The translations under genes and the position numbers were made by a program. A DNA stretch of 63,098 nucleotides, counting the filler, from Sphacelaria rigidula (lineage: Eukaryota): NCBI GenBank assembly GCA_964200075.2. It is 4 parts of 4 records of this genome, joined end to end, with 100 filler letters (N's around TTAATTAATTAA, not from the genome) between each part and the next. Parts side by side here need not be neighbours in the genome. Positions count along the whole stretch, not along the records: positions 47,401 to 63,098 come from CAXNAA020001639.1; 3 more parts are not named here. One strand, 5' to 3'. The notes under the pieces were generated by a model, which saw only the letters and a program-made list of their open reading frames with translations, ran no database searches and was not told the DNA's origin. How positions within the stretch are numbered: position 1 is the first letter of the stretch; each line of letters begins with the position of its first letter. Below are positions 60,536 through 63,098 of this stretch, piece after piece.

Positions 60536-62120
60536 GCCCTTACCGAAGCAGCGGGCTAACTCACAGTCATTAACCTGCGAAGCATCGGCACAGAGATTAT
60601 CCTGTGAAGTCAGTGTTGAGCCAAAAGCAAAAAAACAAAATCGGATCAAAATCTTACCGTCTTGCCCTCTAGTACGCACTGCTGCAGCGCACAGCACCAG
60701 ATATAGCGACTTGAAACTGTTGACTGTGGTTTTCAAAGCCTATGAGCGATGTTTCAGCGCCTCGCAGCGGCTGCAGCGCGCTTAGAGCCGTGCGCCATGA
60801 AGTGCGCAGCTCAACAGAGTGTACGCCGATCGGTGCACTACAGATGGCCATGATCCAGAAAGGACCGCAGTAAAGACCGGTGCCAGTTTTCTACCGCGTC
60901 GGCCGTCCAGTCGCTCAACATGTCTAAGTGTATGCATCTGCGCATGCATATATGCATTCGCCTGTAGTGCTTCACTGGTAGATCTAAAGAAATGTACATG
61001 AACAACGATTGGTACTCGATTTGAGTTGGTTTCAGACTAAAGAAAGTTCTGGGAAAAATCATCATTTGGGGCAAGTGAGCAGTGGTGAGCAGTAGAACCA
61101 GGTCGTCCAGAACGTGTTTTGGTCGAAAATCGGCTCAAAGACGTCGATTTGAGCTCTCGAGAGGCGTTGATTCGAGTTGTCGTAACGCACGCTTTAGCTA
61201 CGAAACTGCACTCCCCTTGCCCGAAAGTTCTCGGTATGCCTTGGTCGATGTCAGTGCTAGGGTTAGCGTTACGGTTGGTCGCATCTCCACAGCACCAACC
61301 ATTGTTTACGTACATTTATTCAAGCCCCCTCGGTGAAGTACGTGTGCAGGGATGCATCCTTGTCACAAGGATATTCTTGCGCCGGTATTTCACACAGGTG
61401 CATCCTTTGAGGGAACTATCTGTTACGGGTTGCATGACCACAGGGATTTTGTGACCCCCCTGCGCTTGTCGAGCACAGCTGATGGACAGTGAGGACGTTT
61501 GCCACGTGTGTGCCTTGTTCAACTCGCCAACAGCTCATTGCACGGTCTTGGTTTTGCTGCCGACTAAAACGAAGGCAATGTTCAATTATTTTCAATAGCT
61601 TTGCTTTCATGTTCTTGTGACATTCGCTACACAACCGCTGTCTTCGTACTCCCGAATCAACGAGAACGCAAAGAAATACCCCGCCATGGACAGGCTTTTG
61701 TGGTTCGGGTTCTTGTTTGAAGTTTTCTATGATGAGGCTTTTGTGGTTCGGGATCGACACCCCGCAAAAAAGAGGCAGTGTGGGCGACTTTCGATGGCCA
61801 GAACACGCGCCACAGGTATCAGATGACACCCAAACCTAAAAGGTAATGTACCGATGCGCCTTCTTCGTGCACTGCAAAAGAAAGCGCGTGATAACATACC
61901 TTGCCGCTTGAGGAAACTCGGCAAAAGTGGTGAAAAAAGGGAAATTATACATGTACATCTATATATAGTATTTTACACTCCTTCTGCGGTGATTGTCTTG
62001 ATGTTATCTCGACAGGGCAGCGGCGCCGTTCCCTCGTCGACCGTGAAGTCGAGTGTCGTGTACCCACGACATAGTGGCTCTCCCCTCTTGGGCATGGTGT
62101 GAAAGAACATCCCAGATCAT

Positions 62121-62194
62121 GTGACTTCACCGGGATTCGAACCCACGACCCACCCGTCAGCAGGTTTCGAGGTTACTGAACCACTAGGCCGACC
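62121..62194 (-). mobile_element. tRNA-derived SINE head
   Basis: Reverse complement GGTCGGCCTAGTGGTTCAGTAACCTCGAAACCTGCTGACGGGTGGGTCGTGGGTTCGAATCCCGGTGAAGTCAC has a perfect B box GGTTCGAATCC, but the D and anticodon arms are broken. Confidence 0.65.
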
Positions 62195-62365
62195 TGCTCT
62201 AAGGGCACACTGCAAACAAACAAAGGGGGCCTACAATTGTTTCGTGGGTAACATGCGCTCTCGTGAAACATTAGTCCCTACGCTGTCTCCCACGTTTGGT
62301 CTTATCCTTCTTGGGGTTGTATCTTCCACTTGTGGAATATTTGACGCCTTGTTTTGCACCTTAAC

Positions 62366-62546
62366 AGGAACTATCGCCATCACACGTCTTTGTGGAGTCT
62401 ATGTCGACACTAGTTTCCTTCTCAGCCGAATTTTGACCCGGAGACCGATCTCTGAGACGTCCGAGCCAAGCGAATCTGAAACGTGGGCTGCATTCCTCTC
62501 GATGGGGCGATGCGAAATGTCCGACACGTGTGATGGCGACATTCCC
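62366..62546. mobile_element. About 180-bp MITE; related end at about 50980-51021
   Basis: AGGAACTATCGCCATCACACGTCT ... GACACGTGTGATGGCGACATTCCC. Confidence 0.6.
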
Positions 62547-63098
62547 TGCTTGGAGACCTAGAAACATGTCATGTGTCCCAACACTTCGCCCCTCCCCGAA
62601 ACGAAAACCGTGCAAAACGGTCTCACCTTACTCAAATGCCCCTTCATCTTGAAAACAAAACATCACCATCCCCCCCCCCCCCTCTTCATGCCTCCAAGAG
62701 ATTGATTCTCCACACACAAAATGCCCACGCATAATACCTTTGTTCCTCGCGGTTTGTATTTCCCGGTCATATTTTTGCTTGGCGTCTTCACAGAAGACTG
62801 GAAGTCACAGTGCAAACTGTCAGTAACGGTGTACGAGGAAAAAATACACCGATATATGACCTGCAAAATGCTGCAATAACAGCGGGTCCTGGAAAATGGG
62901 GTCCATCTCGAAAATGAGGTTCAAGTGACATTTCCCGTCGGCAGGGATGATGCCATACACTCACAACCGAGCCAAGCCACCTTCCCCCCCAAATCTCCGT
63001 AGCAGTGAAGCAGCTGTGGCTAGGTGCACCGAACGAATGCGATGTACACGCGTGCCGATGACGATATCACCAGAGAGAGAAGCAACGACAGAGAGGAA

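Noticed and set aside
62121-62194. Functional tRNA gene
   Set aside because: The B box is intact, but the acceptor, D and anticodon stems do not pair properly.

Overview
Repeat-rich eukaryotic genomic DNA, most likely from a brown alga (inferred from an EsV-1-7-type Cys/His repeat protein, intron-dense GT-AG genes and an RTE-type LINE). It is not prokaryotic: no operons, rRNA, intact tRNA or CRISPR were found. Three artificial 100-nt N-TTAATTAATTAA-N scaffold linkers split the window into four blocks whose adjacency is not guaranteed. Supported genes: (1) a single-exon PPR protein (11980-13107, +); (2) an unrecognised spliced gene or pseudogene on the minus strand, with nine phase-consistent exons reconstructed by hand (27487-24042); (3) an 11-exon ankyrin-repeat / low-complexity / coiled-coil gene on the minus strand ending in a CaaX box (41848-35577); (4) a large exon encoding about 25 tandem 38-aa EsV-1-7-type C-X4-C-X16-C-X2-H repeats plus a tail with NLS-like and SUMO-consensus motifs (about 52511-56094, +). 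The rest is a decayed RTE LINE, scattered LINE 3' ends, tRNA-derived SINE heads and many non-autonomous inverted-repeat elements. The best candidate for an undescribed system is the EsV-1-7 array: a minisatellite-encoded putative zinc-finger array whose variation concentrates at a few positions per repeat, in a PRDM9/TALE-like layout. Its function is inferred, not shown.
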